This document shows, piece after piece, positions 9,837 through 19,607 of a DNA stretch of 64,000 nt. Source of the DNA: a virus (taxonomy: Duplodnaviria > Caudoviricetes). The stretch is from IMG/VR virus record IMGVR_UViG_3300028832_000100; one strand, 5' to 3'. Numbering within the stretch: the first letter of the stretch is position 1; the number at the start of each line of letters is the position of its first letter. The position numbers and the translations under genes were made by a program. The notes under the pieces are model-generated. The model was given only the letters and a program-made list of their open reading frames with translations, was not told the origin of the DNA and did not search any database.

Positions 9837-11125
9837 ACATCCTGACCTTTCGTTACAACCTCTTCACCGAGAACATCAACATACCCACAAACATCTGCTC
9901 TTACATTCGGGACTTTAGTACTACCTATATCCTCATTCATAATCAACGAGAATATATAGTTTCTAATAGAATCATTCCACACACCCTTTGTGTATGTCCC
10001 CTTAAAGACTTTATTGAAATAGTTCCTGTGCGCCGAAGATGTAATATACTCTTGTACCCTTGCTATGTTCTCATCAATGGTGTCTGCTTGTGATATAACA
10101 CTCAATAGTAGGTATTGCGGGAGTGTGTCTGTAAAAGCGTATGTTTCTCCATCATTTATCCAATTAAACTTTAACGGACTTAAAAGATCATACCCACCAT
10201 AATTTGATGGACTACCCCTCCCATTAGTATATTCTGGAATTGGGTAGGATCCTTCTACATCTCTTTTAAGAATGTTTGAGTAGTTTCCTTCCAATACCAC
10301 GATAGATGATGTATTAGACACAGGAACTTTTATCAGCAGTCTTAATATTCTCTCATATTGAGAACAATCATCCGCTGTATCTTGAATATTTGTTGCGGAT
10401 GTATTTTCGGATGCGCTTACTTCTCCCCACTCTATCGATGGCAATATTTCCGGTTTACTAAATTTTGAATAATACCTTATCCAAGGAGATGCATCACTAT
10501 TTATATTTGATTTTTCCCATAGTATCTTTGATTTGTCTGATATATATCCGTTTCTTCCGTAGAAGCATGGCAGAACTTCAAACCCTGTATCTGAATCAAT
10601 GTATATGGAATATTCTTTACCAAACTTGATAGGTACGGAACAAACTTTATACCCGTCTGCGCTGGATTTCTCAACAATAGGAACGAGTTTTTTCTTTTCA
10701 GAATCGAAAGTGAAAGTGAAATTGACATCATCTACAAACACACTGTTGAAACAGTTGTAAAAGGGCATCAAATTCATGTTATAATAAGCATTAAATGTCC
10801 TAATATACTCTCCAAGCCAGTAGTGATCCATAGGTGTATATGCTCCTGAATCTCCTATTCTTGTTGTAGTTAAATTAGGATATTTTGCACCATACACAAA
10901 TGGCTGAATTTCTGTAAAAGAACTGTTATCTATTTTTTGGTGCGATCCGCTTTTATCACATCTATATAGTTTAGAATTGTATATATAAAGTCCACCCTTT
11001 TTGGTAAACATCTTTCCTGATGTCACAGATGGACTAAAGAATGGGATAATTGGAATGTTAAACCTTGAAAGGAGATATTTTACATATTTTGTTATGATTG
11101 TATCATCATATATTTTGGTATACAT
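9833..11125 (-). CDS. Hypothetical virion protein
   Basis: 430-aa ORF between tape measure and baseplate genes. Confidence 0.45.
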   Translation of the reverse strand: MYTKIYDDTIITKYVKYLLSRFNIPIIPFFSPSVTSGKMFTKKGGLYIYNSKLYRCDKSGSHQKIDNSSFTEIQPFVYGAKYPNLTTTRIGDSGAYTPMDHYWLGEYIRTFNAYYNMNLMPFYNCFNSVFVDDVNFTFTFDSEKKKLVPIVEKSSADGYKVCSVPIKFGKEYSIYIDSDTGFEVLPCFYGRNGYISDKSKILWEKSNINSDASPWIRYYSKFSKPEILPSIEWGEVSASENTSATNIQDTADDCSQYERILRLLIKVPVSNTSSIVVLEGNYSNILKRDVEGSYPIPEYTNGRGSPSNYGGYDLLSPLKFNWINDGETYAFTDTLPQYLLLSVISQADTIDENIARVQEYITSSAHRNYFNKVFKGTYTKGVWNDSIRNYIFSLIMNEDIGSTKVPNVRADVCGYVDVLGEEVVTKGQDV

Positions 11126-11140
11126 TTTTATCTCCTTTTA

Positions 11141-13033
11141 TTACCAAGATGGTTCTCCAACGGCTTTGCCAACCATCAATCTACCGCCAATTATTACGGT
11201 TCTTAACATATCTCTTATTTCACTGACATTTTCAGACATTGCTTTTTCATAGGCTTCCATTTTAGCAGTATTGTCCCTTATCTCCGGAACGATTTTAGTT
11301 TGATCCTCATCTGCACCTGTTGTTTCTTCAGACGCTTTATCTTTTGCAGAGGTTACTGTTTGTTTATACAGGTCGGAATAACTCGCATTTCCCGCAAAGC
11401 CACTTTCGGAAGTTCCTTGACCGAAACCTCTTGTGGTAATGGTAGTTCCACCTCTTGGGGTATAATCCGCGCCTCCCCAAGAAGACAAATTCATTGTCTT
11501 ACCCATCAACCCACCAATAATCGACGGTATTGATGTCATCAAGGATGTTCCTATCAACCCGATCTTAACCAACTGATTTACATTCGCGTTTAGGTCAACA
11601 CCTGTACCAAGAGCTGATACGAATGGAATGTTAATACCGCCTGTTGCTTTTTCTACAAGGTCGTTTATCATCCATGTGGTGTACATTACTGCATTATTAG
11701 CAATCCCACCACCAATATTTGCAATTGTGTTATCAAAAACATTCTTGATCTTTTCTGACAAGTGCTGTCTGCTTCCAACCTGACTTAACTGATAGGAGGT
11801 CTCTTCAAGCATCCCGCTATAACTTAATGCAGTTCCAGAAATCGATCTTAATGTTTCAGCATCTAAGTTTGAAATAGCAGCCAGGTCTGAAATAGATAAA
11901 CCAAACAGACTTGCATAACTACTCTTAACAACATTGCTTGTACTCTGCGCTATTGTTTGACCATACTCTACAATGCTTCTTAAAATTCTATTCAAATCAG
12001 AAGCAGTTAGCCCACCTGTCAGAGTAGATCCATAGGAAACACCTGCTCTACCACTTGCCATTACAAGAAGTGATTGCAACGCTTGATTTCCTGCCAATGA
12101 GGATATATCACCTGTTCCAAGTGCGTTGATTCCTTTTGCTAATGAAGAAAGAGTAGACTCATTAACACCAACAGATGCCAATGCACCCAACCACTTTTGT
12201 ACAACAAATTCAAGTTCTGCTGCTTCTTTTTGATTTTTAAGTGAACTCACACCAAGAAGAGCCGCTGATACTGCATCAAATGATGTTGATAGGTAAGAAG
12301 TGTCTCTAAATTCAGCGTTTAAGAATCTGGTTAGAGCGGCTTCCATGCCCAAACGAGCAGCGGTAGAATCTGCCTGTTGAATACGGATTAACTGCAGTAG
12401 AGTTCCATTAGCAGCATCAAAGGTTGTTGCAATGTCCTCTTTTACCGTCTGTAAAAATGCTCTTTGTTCTACATTATAGGCAATACCCTTTTCAACAAGA
12501 GAACCTAAATTTTCAAGAACCTTTGTTTGCGAAACATATGGACTTGATCCGACATTTTTTCGGACCATATCATACATTTTTTGGAAAGTGTTATTACTGC
12601 CTTGTATTCTTGCATTAACAGCAGATTGGTATTTTGTAAGAAGATCTGCCATCTGCGTAACGCTTTGTTCTGCTTTTGCATATGCTGCTTTCGTGGTGTT
12701 CTCCACTGCAAGTTGCAAAGATGCAGATAGCCTATCTCCGAATTTTTCGGCATACTTTGCTTGATCTTCCAACATCTCCCTACGGAGTTTTCTTTCTTTT
12801 TCTACATTTTCGGAAGCAAGCTTTGCACTATATGTAGACAGAGCTTTAGCGTACTCTTTTTCAGTTATGAACTTCTTCTTTAATAAGTCTTTTAACTGCT
12901 TATCGTACTCTTTAAGGCTCTGGTTGTCGCGCTTTCTTTGTCTTTTTTCTTCAGACGAAACTGCGTCGGAGGATCGACTGAGTTCGTCGGCAAGGCTACC
13001 ACTTCTACCTGGTCTATCTATTGTTGCCATCAA
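11141..13033 (-). CDS. Tape measure protein
   Basis: Ala/Ser/Leu/Gly-rich helical protein downstream of tube and chaperones. Confidence 0.7.
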   Translation of the reverse strand: MMATIDRPGRSGSLADELSRSSDAVSSEEKRQRKRDNQSLKEYDKQLKDLLKKKFITEKEYAKALSTYSAKLASENVEKERKLRREMLEDQAKYAEKFGDRLSASLQLAVENTTKAAYAKAEQSVTQMADLLTKYQSAVNARIQGSNNTFQKMYDMVRKNVGSSPYVSQTKVLENLGSLVEKGIAYNVEQRAFLQTVKEDIATTFDAANGTLLQLIRIQQADSTAARLGMEAALTRFLNAEFRDTSYLSTSFDAVSAALLGVSSLKNQKEAAELEFVVQKWLGALASVGVNESTLSSLAKGINALGTGDISSLAGNQALQSLLVMASGRAGVSYGSTLTGGLTASDLNRILRSIVEYGQTIAQSTSNVVKSSYASLFGLSISDLAAISNLDAETLRSISGTALSYSGMLEETSYQLSQVGSRQHLSEKIKNVFDNTIANIGGGIANNAVMYTTWMINDLVEKATGGINIPFVSALGTGVDLNANVNQLVKIGLIGTSLMTSIPSIIGGLMGKTMNLSSWGGADYTPRGGTTITTRGFGQGTSESGFAGNASYSDLYKQTVTSAKDKASEETTGADEDQTKIVPEIRDNTAKMEAYEKAMSENVSEIRDMLRTVIIGGRLMVGKAVGEPSW

Positions 13034-13049
13034 TCTACCTCCTGATTAG

Positions 13050-13334
13050 TTATTTTTTCCTTTTTGTTGCTTTTTCTAATTGTTTTCTATTTATTTCTAT
13101 TTCTTCTAAAATCAAGTCAATTACACGGTTTCTCTCAGTTGGGGTCATTTTTCCAACCTCCGTATATGGAGTGTTTGTATTTTTAGAAATAAAATATCTT
13201 TCTTGTATTATTTTGTTAAACATTGTAACTGCCCACGGTTTTCCGTCTTGGTCAGTCTTCGGGTCCATAAAACTCAGAGGTAATGCGAAACGGACTGCGG
13301 AAAGTATTACCGCATGCCTCACATTCATACTCAA
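13050..13334 (-). CDS. Tail assembly chaperone, second part (probable start ATG 13268 or a frameshift product)
   Basis: YTEVGKMTPTER motif; overlaps the preceding chaperone, directly before the tape measure gene. Confidence 0.5.
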   Translation of the reverse strand: MSMNVRHAVILSAVRFALPLSFMDPKTDQDGKPWAVTMFNKIIQERYFISKNTNTPYTEVGKMTPTERNRVIDLILEEIEINRKQLEKATKRKK

Positions 13335-14010
13335 TGCTTGTATTTATTCCGATTGCTGCAATTAGTTTTTCTTGCGCTTTAGTGATCTTATTTGTATCAG
13401 CCATTGGAAGATTTCTTATGAAAGTTTCCAATTTGAATGGATCAAGTCTTTCTCCGTCAATTGTTTCGATCATTGCACAAATAGAAAATAGGAGTGATTG
13501 GTCTGTCTTGGAATCTGGGAATTTCTTTTGAAAGTCTTTCTTCCGTATTTCTATATTATCATAATCTCTTGGAGTTTGAATTTTTAGTTTGACTTCTTTT
13601 TTAGATCTCGGAAGCGTAACAGACAGCATGGAATCTATATCCTCTGGAAATGGTAGAATCTCCATCTCATCGAGGTTTATTGTCTTCGCTACCCTCTCCC
13701 CACAGAATGGGCAAAACGAATCTAATCTATAATTAGGTCCGTATGTTGCGGTACGCAATTTGTGAAGTAGATATTGATAATCTCCAAGACACATATCATA
13801 AGATGATATTCCAATCTTTTCTCCAACAATGCAGTCATCAATAATGTCACAAATCAATTTTAGAGGTCTTTCTGATTTTGATAAGCGACGCATTTCTTCT
13901 TCTGTCGTCATGGATCTAATTTTGAACTCCGGGTTTACTTTTCTGTCAAAATAAACCTTTCCACCACTTGGCAATACTCCTTGTTCAAAAATGGTGTATT
14001 CTTCTGCCAT
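13252..14010 (-). CDS. Baseplate hub assembly/tail chaperone (T4 gp26-like)
   Basis: LPSGG, IRSMTTEEE, CPFC and CEAC zinc knuckles. Confidence 0.7.
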   Translation of the reverse strand: MAEEYTIFEQGVLPSGGKVYFDRKVNPEFKIRSMTTEEEMRRLSKSERPLKLICDIIDDCIVGEKIGISSYDMCLGDYQYLLHKLRTATYGPNYRLDSFCPFCGERVAKTINLDEMEILPFPEDIDSMLSVTLPRSKKEVKLKIQTPRDYDNIEIRKKDFQKKFPDSKTDQSLLFSICAMIETIDGERLDPFKLETFIRNLPMADTNKITKAQEKLIAAIGINTSIEYECEACGNTFRSPFRITSEFYGPED

Positions 14011-14082
14011 ATAAATTTTCTCCCAATAGTAAAATTAGGGGACTAATAATGTTATATTGTCCCCTAATAATATATACAATTT

Positions 14083-14667
14083 TTATTCTTCGTCAGAACC
14101 CATTGCTCTTGCACTATCGAATGAGATTGTAGCAGTAACGGTTCTTGCGTCACCATTCTCTACATTAAGGGCATCTTGCTGAATTGAAGAAACCCAACAA
14201 CCTTTCATAAGCCACTGACGAACGACTTTTGAATAATCAACATCATACTGAATCAAGTAGCAATCTTTTTTATAGGCTGTCATCTTTCCAGTAAGCTGTG
14301 TGTCAGGGTTGTAAGCTAATCTCTGCCATGATTGAAGAACAGATAAACCATCGGCACCGATGAAGTCTCTTATAGTGATACTACCATCCTCGAAAGTGGG
14401 AAGACCAGCTACTTTCATAACAGAATTTCCTCTGCGGATTTCAACAGGTGCGATTGTGTAGTTAGGAATATTTGCTGTTACAACCGAGAAGGTAAGAACT
14501 TCCTGACCATTTGTAATATAATCGTTTGTAGCATTTCCAAGTGCACCAGGCTTTAGAAGACTGTCAAGACCAGTCACAACGAATTGGAATGTATTACTTC
14601 TTTGTGGCTCGTAAAGAGCAGCATTGTCTGAAAAATAATATGCACCTACATTAGTTACTTCTGCCAT
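14083..14667 (-). CDS. Tail tube protein (gp19-like)
   Basis: YEPQRSNTF, KVAGLPTF, WQRLAYNP, W-x-MKGCWVS. Confidence 0.85.
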   Translation of the reverse strand: MAEVTNVGAYYFSDNAALYEPQRSNTFQFVVTGLDSLLKPGALGNATNDYITNGQEVLTFSVVTANIPNYTIAPVEIRRGNSVMKVAGLPTFEDGSITIRDFIGADGLSVLQSWQRLAYNPDTQLTGKMTAYKKDCYLIQYDVDYSKVVRQWLMKGCWVSSIQQDALNVENGDARTVTATISFDSARAMGSDEE

Positions 14668-14680
14668 TTTTCTCTACTCC

Positions 14681-16345
14681 TTACTGAATAAGTGTTATTT
14701 GACTGTCTGTAAGTTCTACAGTAATATCAAAGTCTTCTACTGCTTCCACGCAATACAGAGTTACTCTTGCCACGAGTGTTGCTTTTTTATCTGTTGCAAG
14801 TCTTACAATCTTATAATTAGAAAGACCGTTGTTACCAACCATTTGGTCAAGAAGTGGTGTGATCTGCGCCTTAAAGTTGATCCACAAAATGTTGTTATTC
14901 TGATCGAAAGTGCAACGCTTCGCAGCTACCCAAATTGTTCTCTTAACATCATTAGCAAGTTGACGAATATTCATAAAGGAACTTGCAGTAAGATCACCTT
15001 CAAGGAAGTTATTCTTCAATGTTCTATTACCCCAAACCCTAATTCCGTATGGTTTGACATTAATGATCGGTATAAGCGAAACATCATTTCTTGGCTGAAG
15101 AACTTCACTCATTGCATTTGTAATTCCGGTATCCGTACTCTTAAGATTAGGAATTACACCTCTTGTAACACCGGCACAAGCATACCAGTTAGCATTTGTA
15201 ATAACAGAATTAGCAAATGCACTTAACCAGGCAAATACTGGTGATAGAGTTTCTTCCTCTTTTGTCGATGGAGAATAGAATACAAGGTCTTTACAAGCAG
15301 GAACACCGCAATAGATACCAGGTTCCTCACCTCTACTATTTTTAGGAAGATAGGTAATCCATGTTTTGATATTTTCTCTAATATCCTCAAAATCAGGAGA
15401 AGCTGTTTTGTAGAAATCAAGGATAGCGGTGATATCACCACGGCTACTTGCAATATCAACCAGATTGTTTGCAATAGTATAATATGAGCTTCCAGTATTC
15501 ATAGATGGATAACCACCAGTTGTTATGAACTTGAATACATATTCGCCTTTATCCTTTAGTTTGGATAGATTGCTCTCTGTGCTAATGTATGTAAATAGCA
15601 AATCTGGTGTAAATTCATCATCTGTTAGTGGTGCGTCTATCGTGAGATAGGTTGGTTCCAAAAGATCAAAAGATGTAAAGGATGCAGCTAATCCGTTCTC
15701 TGAATCAACCACGGTAAAATTAATTAGTCCGGTTTTATCCACGAATGAACCTGTACCTCTAATATACAAAATACTCGGATAGGATTCTGCAACCTCTGGG
15801 TCAAAAGTAAAAATCGTTTCAAGAGGGGCAACACTACTTATATGATCTGTTTCGCTAGAATCTCTACCAACTTGTATAGTATAATATATATGATCTTCGG
15901 TTTCATCTGTATATGTAGCTATTAACTTGAACCATGTTAGGTTAGAATATATGCCTGTGTATAGAGATGTAACGGTGGCTGCGGTGCCATGACCGACTTC
16001 TGCTTCAATAGATTCTGATCCGTACCAATAAGCACTTGGACTAACCCTTTCATAAAGAATTGGTAAACCAAGTCTTAACAAGTCCGATGCAAATACATAA
16101 GACTTTTCATACTCCCCTTTAATCACCGACCACGGGATAAGTGAGGAAACTGTTGATTCTGCAGTGTTTCTATACACATAAGGAGAATCACCAAAAATGC
16201 TCTTAAACTCCTCCAATGTGTTACAAAGTGTCGGTTGATTAACCGGACCGGTTACTGCGTAGCCGGGAACATATACTGCATTTGTTGTTACATCTGACAC
16301 ACCAGCAGTAGATGTATCAACTTCTGTGATTTTAATTTGTGGCAT
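14681..16345 (-). CDS. Tail sheath protein (gp18-like)
   Basis: GPVNQPTL, WYACAGVTRG, RVWGNRTL, MNIRQL. Confidence 0.9.
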   Translation of the reverse strand: MPQIKITEVDTSTAGVSDVTTNAVYVPGYAVTGPVNQPTLCNTLEEFKSIFGDSPYVYRNTAESTVSSLIPWSVIKGEYEKSYVFASDLLRLGLPILYERVSPSAYWYGSESIEAEVGHGTAATVTSLYTGIYSNLTWFKLIATYTDETEDHIYYTIQVGRDSSETDHISSVAPLETIFTFDPEVAESYPSILYIRGTGSFVDKTGLINFTVVDSENGLAASFTSFDLLEPTYLTIDAPLTDDEFTPDLLFTYISTESNLSKLKDKGEYVFKFITTGGYPSMNTGSSYYTIANNLVDIASSRGDITAILDFYKTASPDFEDIRENIKTWITYLPKNSRGEEPGIYCGVPACKDLVFYSPSTKEEETLSPVFAWLSAFANSVITNANWYACAGVTRGVIPNLKSTDTGITNAMSEVLQPRNDVSLIPIINVKPYGIRVWGNRTLKNNFLEGDLTASSFMNIRQLANDVKRTIWVAAKRCTFDQNNNILWINFKAQITPLLDQMVGNNGLSNYKIVRLATDKKATLVARVTLYCVEAVEDFDITVELTDSQITLIQ

Positions 16346-16347
16346 TT

Positions 16348-17004
16348 TTACTTCTCCTCATTTGTTGTAATAAGTATCGGTTTGTCTATTTCTACCTTGA
16401 CCTCTCCACCTTCTATATGGTAAGGTTTCTTAATAGGAACAGAGAATAAATAAGCATTGCTCACTCTTAAACTGATAGTCCATCTTGTAAACTGACCGGG
16501 GACTAATCTTTCCGGTATATCTGAATTATCTGTTATTGGAGATTCCATATCTAATGTACACTGGTGAATGTAATGTGCATCATTATAGGGAATGTCTATC
16601 TCCATCTCTGGGTGGTTAATTAGATTGAATGTAAAATTTCTTAAATACTCGTCTGCTTCCTCAGCATATCTCGTATAAATATCAATTTGATACCCGAGAT
16701 CAATAGGAATTGCATTGAGTGTGCTTACATTGCAATAGATTAACCCATTTTCGTCCTCTTTGTGTTCGCCTTTAAGTCTTTTACCACTAAAGGACAATGT
16801 GTTTTTATTTGTGTTTTTTATCTCAACATCTCTCCGTCTTCGTATTGCTACGAGCGGAAGGGCTATTGGTTTATCGTTGTTTATGTCTGCTTGATATTCA
16901 AACAGTCTTCTTGTTTCATCTGGTGATGTTATCTTAATTGAGTCATCTCTAACCCATTTTCTAATCTTGTTAGCAAGTGCCTCATCATAATATCTCATTG
17001 CCAT
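16348..17004 (-). CDS. Tail terminator/sheath stabilizer (gp15-like)
   Basis: LPLVAI, PIDLGYQIDI; upstream of sheath. Confidence 0.6.
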   Translation of the reverse strand: MAMRYYDEALANKIRKWVRDDSIKITSPDETRRLFEYQADINNDKPIALPLVAIRRRRDVEIKNTNKNTLSFSGKRLKGEHKEDENGLIYCNVSTLNAIPIDLGYQIDIYTRYAEEADEYLRNFTFNLINHPEMEIDIPYNDAHYIHQCTLDMESPITDNSDIPERLVPGQFTRWTISLRVSNAYLFSVPIKKPYHIEGGEVKVEIDKPILITTNEEK

Positions 17005-17435
17005 GATTGTTCACCGCCCTCTTCCAAGAATTCATCATACAGATCATTTACATTTTCATCAAAGTATTCTATTGTTTTTGTCCATACAGGATAAGAAGAT
17101 AATTGAAGATTTCCCTCATCTATTAACTGAACCATTCCTGCAAAGGTTAATTGTGAGTTTGGTATATATGCGTTCGGATCAATGAATATCCTATATACTC
17201 TTTCATCTACATGGGAGTAGGTTAAATAGTTCATTGCTCCTACTAATATATTGCATGATGATATTCTTTTGTTCAGTTTTTCTCCAATACTTCCATCACC
17301 GTTAAGATATGCATCAATCCTGTCTGTTTGATCTTCGTTTATACTATCTATAAAATAGTCTATCATTTGTGGCATGAGCCATTTTATGAATTCTGTAAGA
17401 TCTTCACCAGAATTATTATTCAAAACTAATTCCAT
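16995..17435 (-). CDS. Hypothetical protein (neck region)
   Basis: Coupled ORF in the operon. Confidence 0.45.
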   Translation of the reverse strand: MELVLNNNSGEDLTEFIKWLMPQMIDYFIDSINEDQTDRIDAYLNGDGSIGEKLNKRISSCNILVGAMNYLTYSHVDERVYRIFIDPNAYIPNSQLTFAGMVQLIDEGNLQLSSYPVWTKTIEYFDENVNDLYDEFLEEGGEQSWQ

Positions 17436-18270
17436 GTTCTTTTGGATTAAATTTTATCTTTTTTAACAGGGCTATCAATTGATCTTTTTCCTCTTCTTTT
17501 AAGTTAGAAGTGTCGATAGCGGTGTTCTCCCTGTCTCTTTTAAAGGAAGCACTTTTAGGACCGATTCTCGTCAATTCATCTGTTAAGTATTCTCTTGTTA
17601 TCCCCTGTTCATTCCCGTGTTTTATTATATTCCCTATCTCTTTCTCGGCATCTTCTCTTTTTAGAGGATTGTCTCTGTGTTTATTTACTCTATCTAATCC
17701 AGTGGTTAGTGCTTGAATCGTGTTAAGAAAGAAGGTCTTTGTCTCGTCTCCTTCTGTAATTTTTTTCCAAACATTGAATATCGCTTGATCGAAAAGGGCA
17801 TTCTCACCGCTATAAGCGACACTGCTGTCCTCTTGAATACAATTTATATAAAAATCTGATAGTTCACTTTCAAATGATCCATACTTTTTAGATGTATCTA
17901 AAAAGGCGACAAATGGATTATCATCGTCAACGCCTTCTTCTACGATAGAGTCTTCAACTATCTCGTTGTTTAAATAATTTTCCTTGTCTTCTCCATACTT
18001 GCTCAAAAGATATGCTTTTCCATAGGATCTTCTTTGCACGGGGTCTTCTGAATTATTAAATATTTCAAACCACTCATCTGCACTTTTGGAAGATGGATTT
18101 TTTTCTGCTTTCAATGCATAAGCGGTATCCCTACCCGCTCTTGCACCGGACTTCTGTATAGGGGAACCTAACCCTCTATTAATAGCACCAGCAGTACCTT
18201 TAATAGCATTTTTTATTGCATTTCCTATTTTACTACCATTTTTCGGTTCTGCCATGTCAATCTTCCTCAT
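17416..18270 (-). CDS. Hypothetical protein
   Basis: 284-aa coupled ORF. Confidence 0.45.
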   Translation of the reverse strand: MRKIDMAEPKNGSKIGNAIKNAIKGTAGAINRGLGSPIQKSGARAGRDTAYALKAEKNPSSKSADEWFEIFNNSEDPVQRRSYGKAYLLSKYGEDKENYLNNEIVEDSIVEEGVDDDNPFVAFLDTSKKYGSFESELSDFYINCIQEDSSVAYSGENALFDQAIFNVWKKITEGDETKTFFLNTIQALTTGLDRVNKHRDNPLKREDAEKEIGNIIKHGNEQGITREYLTDELTRIGPKSASFKRDRENTAIDTSNLKEEEKDQLIALLKKIKFNPKEHGISFE

Positions 18271-18781
18271 CTAATAGGTTGAAGTTTGTATGCTTATAAT
18301 TTAACAAGGATGGCTCAAAAACATCCTTATATTCTGGTACAATTTCACAAGCGATAGAAGCAGGATATATCATCGAAACTTCCATGCTTACTACACGGAA
18401 TAATCTGTCGGGAGTGTTATCAATACCACTTGGTATTGAAACTAATGCGCCAACTTGAATACCCGGTGTGTCATAAGCAAGATGTATCATAGAAGAATTT
18501 TCTTGTAATTCTGCTACCCAACCCATCTTCTTTAATGTCTTCTGCGTTGGATGCTCGTCAAATATACAACCAACTCTTATTGGGTCATAATGGGTTGTCT
18601 TAATTTCTGTGTAATTTGTGTAGTGCTTTCCGGGTTTTACTTGATAATACAAAATCTGTATTCCAAGCAAATCCACCATTTGCTGAAACCATATTCTATG
18701 AAGTTTTATATCAGGGGTGAGTAGTAATCCGAGATTTGGATTATGCTGTTCGTTCAACATCTCACCCCTCCCCTTCTTCAT
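18257..18781 (-). CDS. Head closure/neck protein (gp14-like)
   Basis: Position; TLKKMGW and QVGALV motifs. Confidence 0.45.
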   Translation of the reverse strand: MKKGRGEMLNEQHNPNLGLLLTPDIKLHRIWFQQMVDLLGIQILYYQVKPGKHYTNYTEIKTTHYDPIRVGCIFDEHPTQKTLKKMGWVAELQENSSMIHLAYDTPGIQVGALVSIPSGIDNTPDRLFRVVSMEVSMIYPASIACEIVPEYKDVFEPSLLNYKHTNFNLLDEED

Positions 18782-19583
18782 CTTCTATACTTACTTGATC
18801 TGAATCCTTATCCGACTTTCTAAATCTATATGGATTTCCTTTTTGGAACTGTGTAGACTTCTTTCCATACTCATTAGATTTATCAATCTCACCCTTATCA
18901 GTTGCAAGAGCATCGTCATCGAAGACATCAAGTTGAATATCTCCTTCATACTCTTTTTCAAACAGAGCAGGATAAATAACAGTTTGATAAAGTTTCTTAT
19001 AATGAACACTCATGTACTTAATGTAGTTGTTTAGAACACTTGCTACTTTAATAAGCCATGAATGGTTTGATAGCGCAAGCATAATGTGCTTACACCCTGC
19101 GCCTAATGTGTTATTTGGGTTTGTTATGTTTGATGGTATATCTTGCCTCTCACCATATATAATGTTGTCTTTAGACAGGAAAAAACCGAATCTGTAAAAA
19201 AAATCGGGGCAGCTGCATCGTAAATAAACATTATCTCCATTAAATGCTCTTACAACAGATCGGATAATATCTCTTAATGTTATTACATCTCTTCCGTCAA
19301 GTTGTCTGTGGAGTTCCTTTAAGAACCCGCCAAAACTTATGGTAACAACATAATCTGCGGTTTCTCCTTGAACATCTATCCCAACGGTCAAAATGTCTTC
19401 TTTGAAAACCGAGTTCATGTTAATACTGTTAAAGTTTTTTACAGATGTTCCTATTTTGGATTTGACACGCTTTTCATATCGTGTCTTCCCATCTTTTTCT
19501 TTTTCTGCTCTCCTTGAACGGCTCACAAGTTGTGAACGAGTATCTTCAAGTATTCTTTTCACAACTTGCAACCCCCTTGACAA
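18762..19583 (-). CDS. SWIM zinc-finger protein
   Basis: CSCPDF...GCKH. Confidence 0.7.
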   Translation of the reverse strand: MSRGLQVVKRILEDTRSQLVSRSRRAEKEKDGKTRYEKRVKSKIGTSVKNFNSINMNSVFKEDILTVGIDVQGETADYVVTISFGGFLKELHRQLDGRDVITLRDIIRSVVRAFNGDNVYLRCSCPDFFYRFGFFLSKDNIIYGERQDIPSNITNPNNTLGAGCKHIMLALSNHSWLIKVASVLNNYIKYMSVHYKKLYQTVIYPALFEKEYEGDIQLDVFDDDALATDKGEIDKSNEYGKKSTQFQKGNPYRFRKSDKDSDQVSIEDEEGEG

Positions 19584-19607
19584 TATATACCGTCCCTAAA
19601 CAGAATA

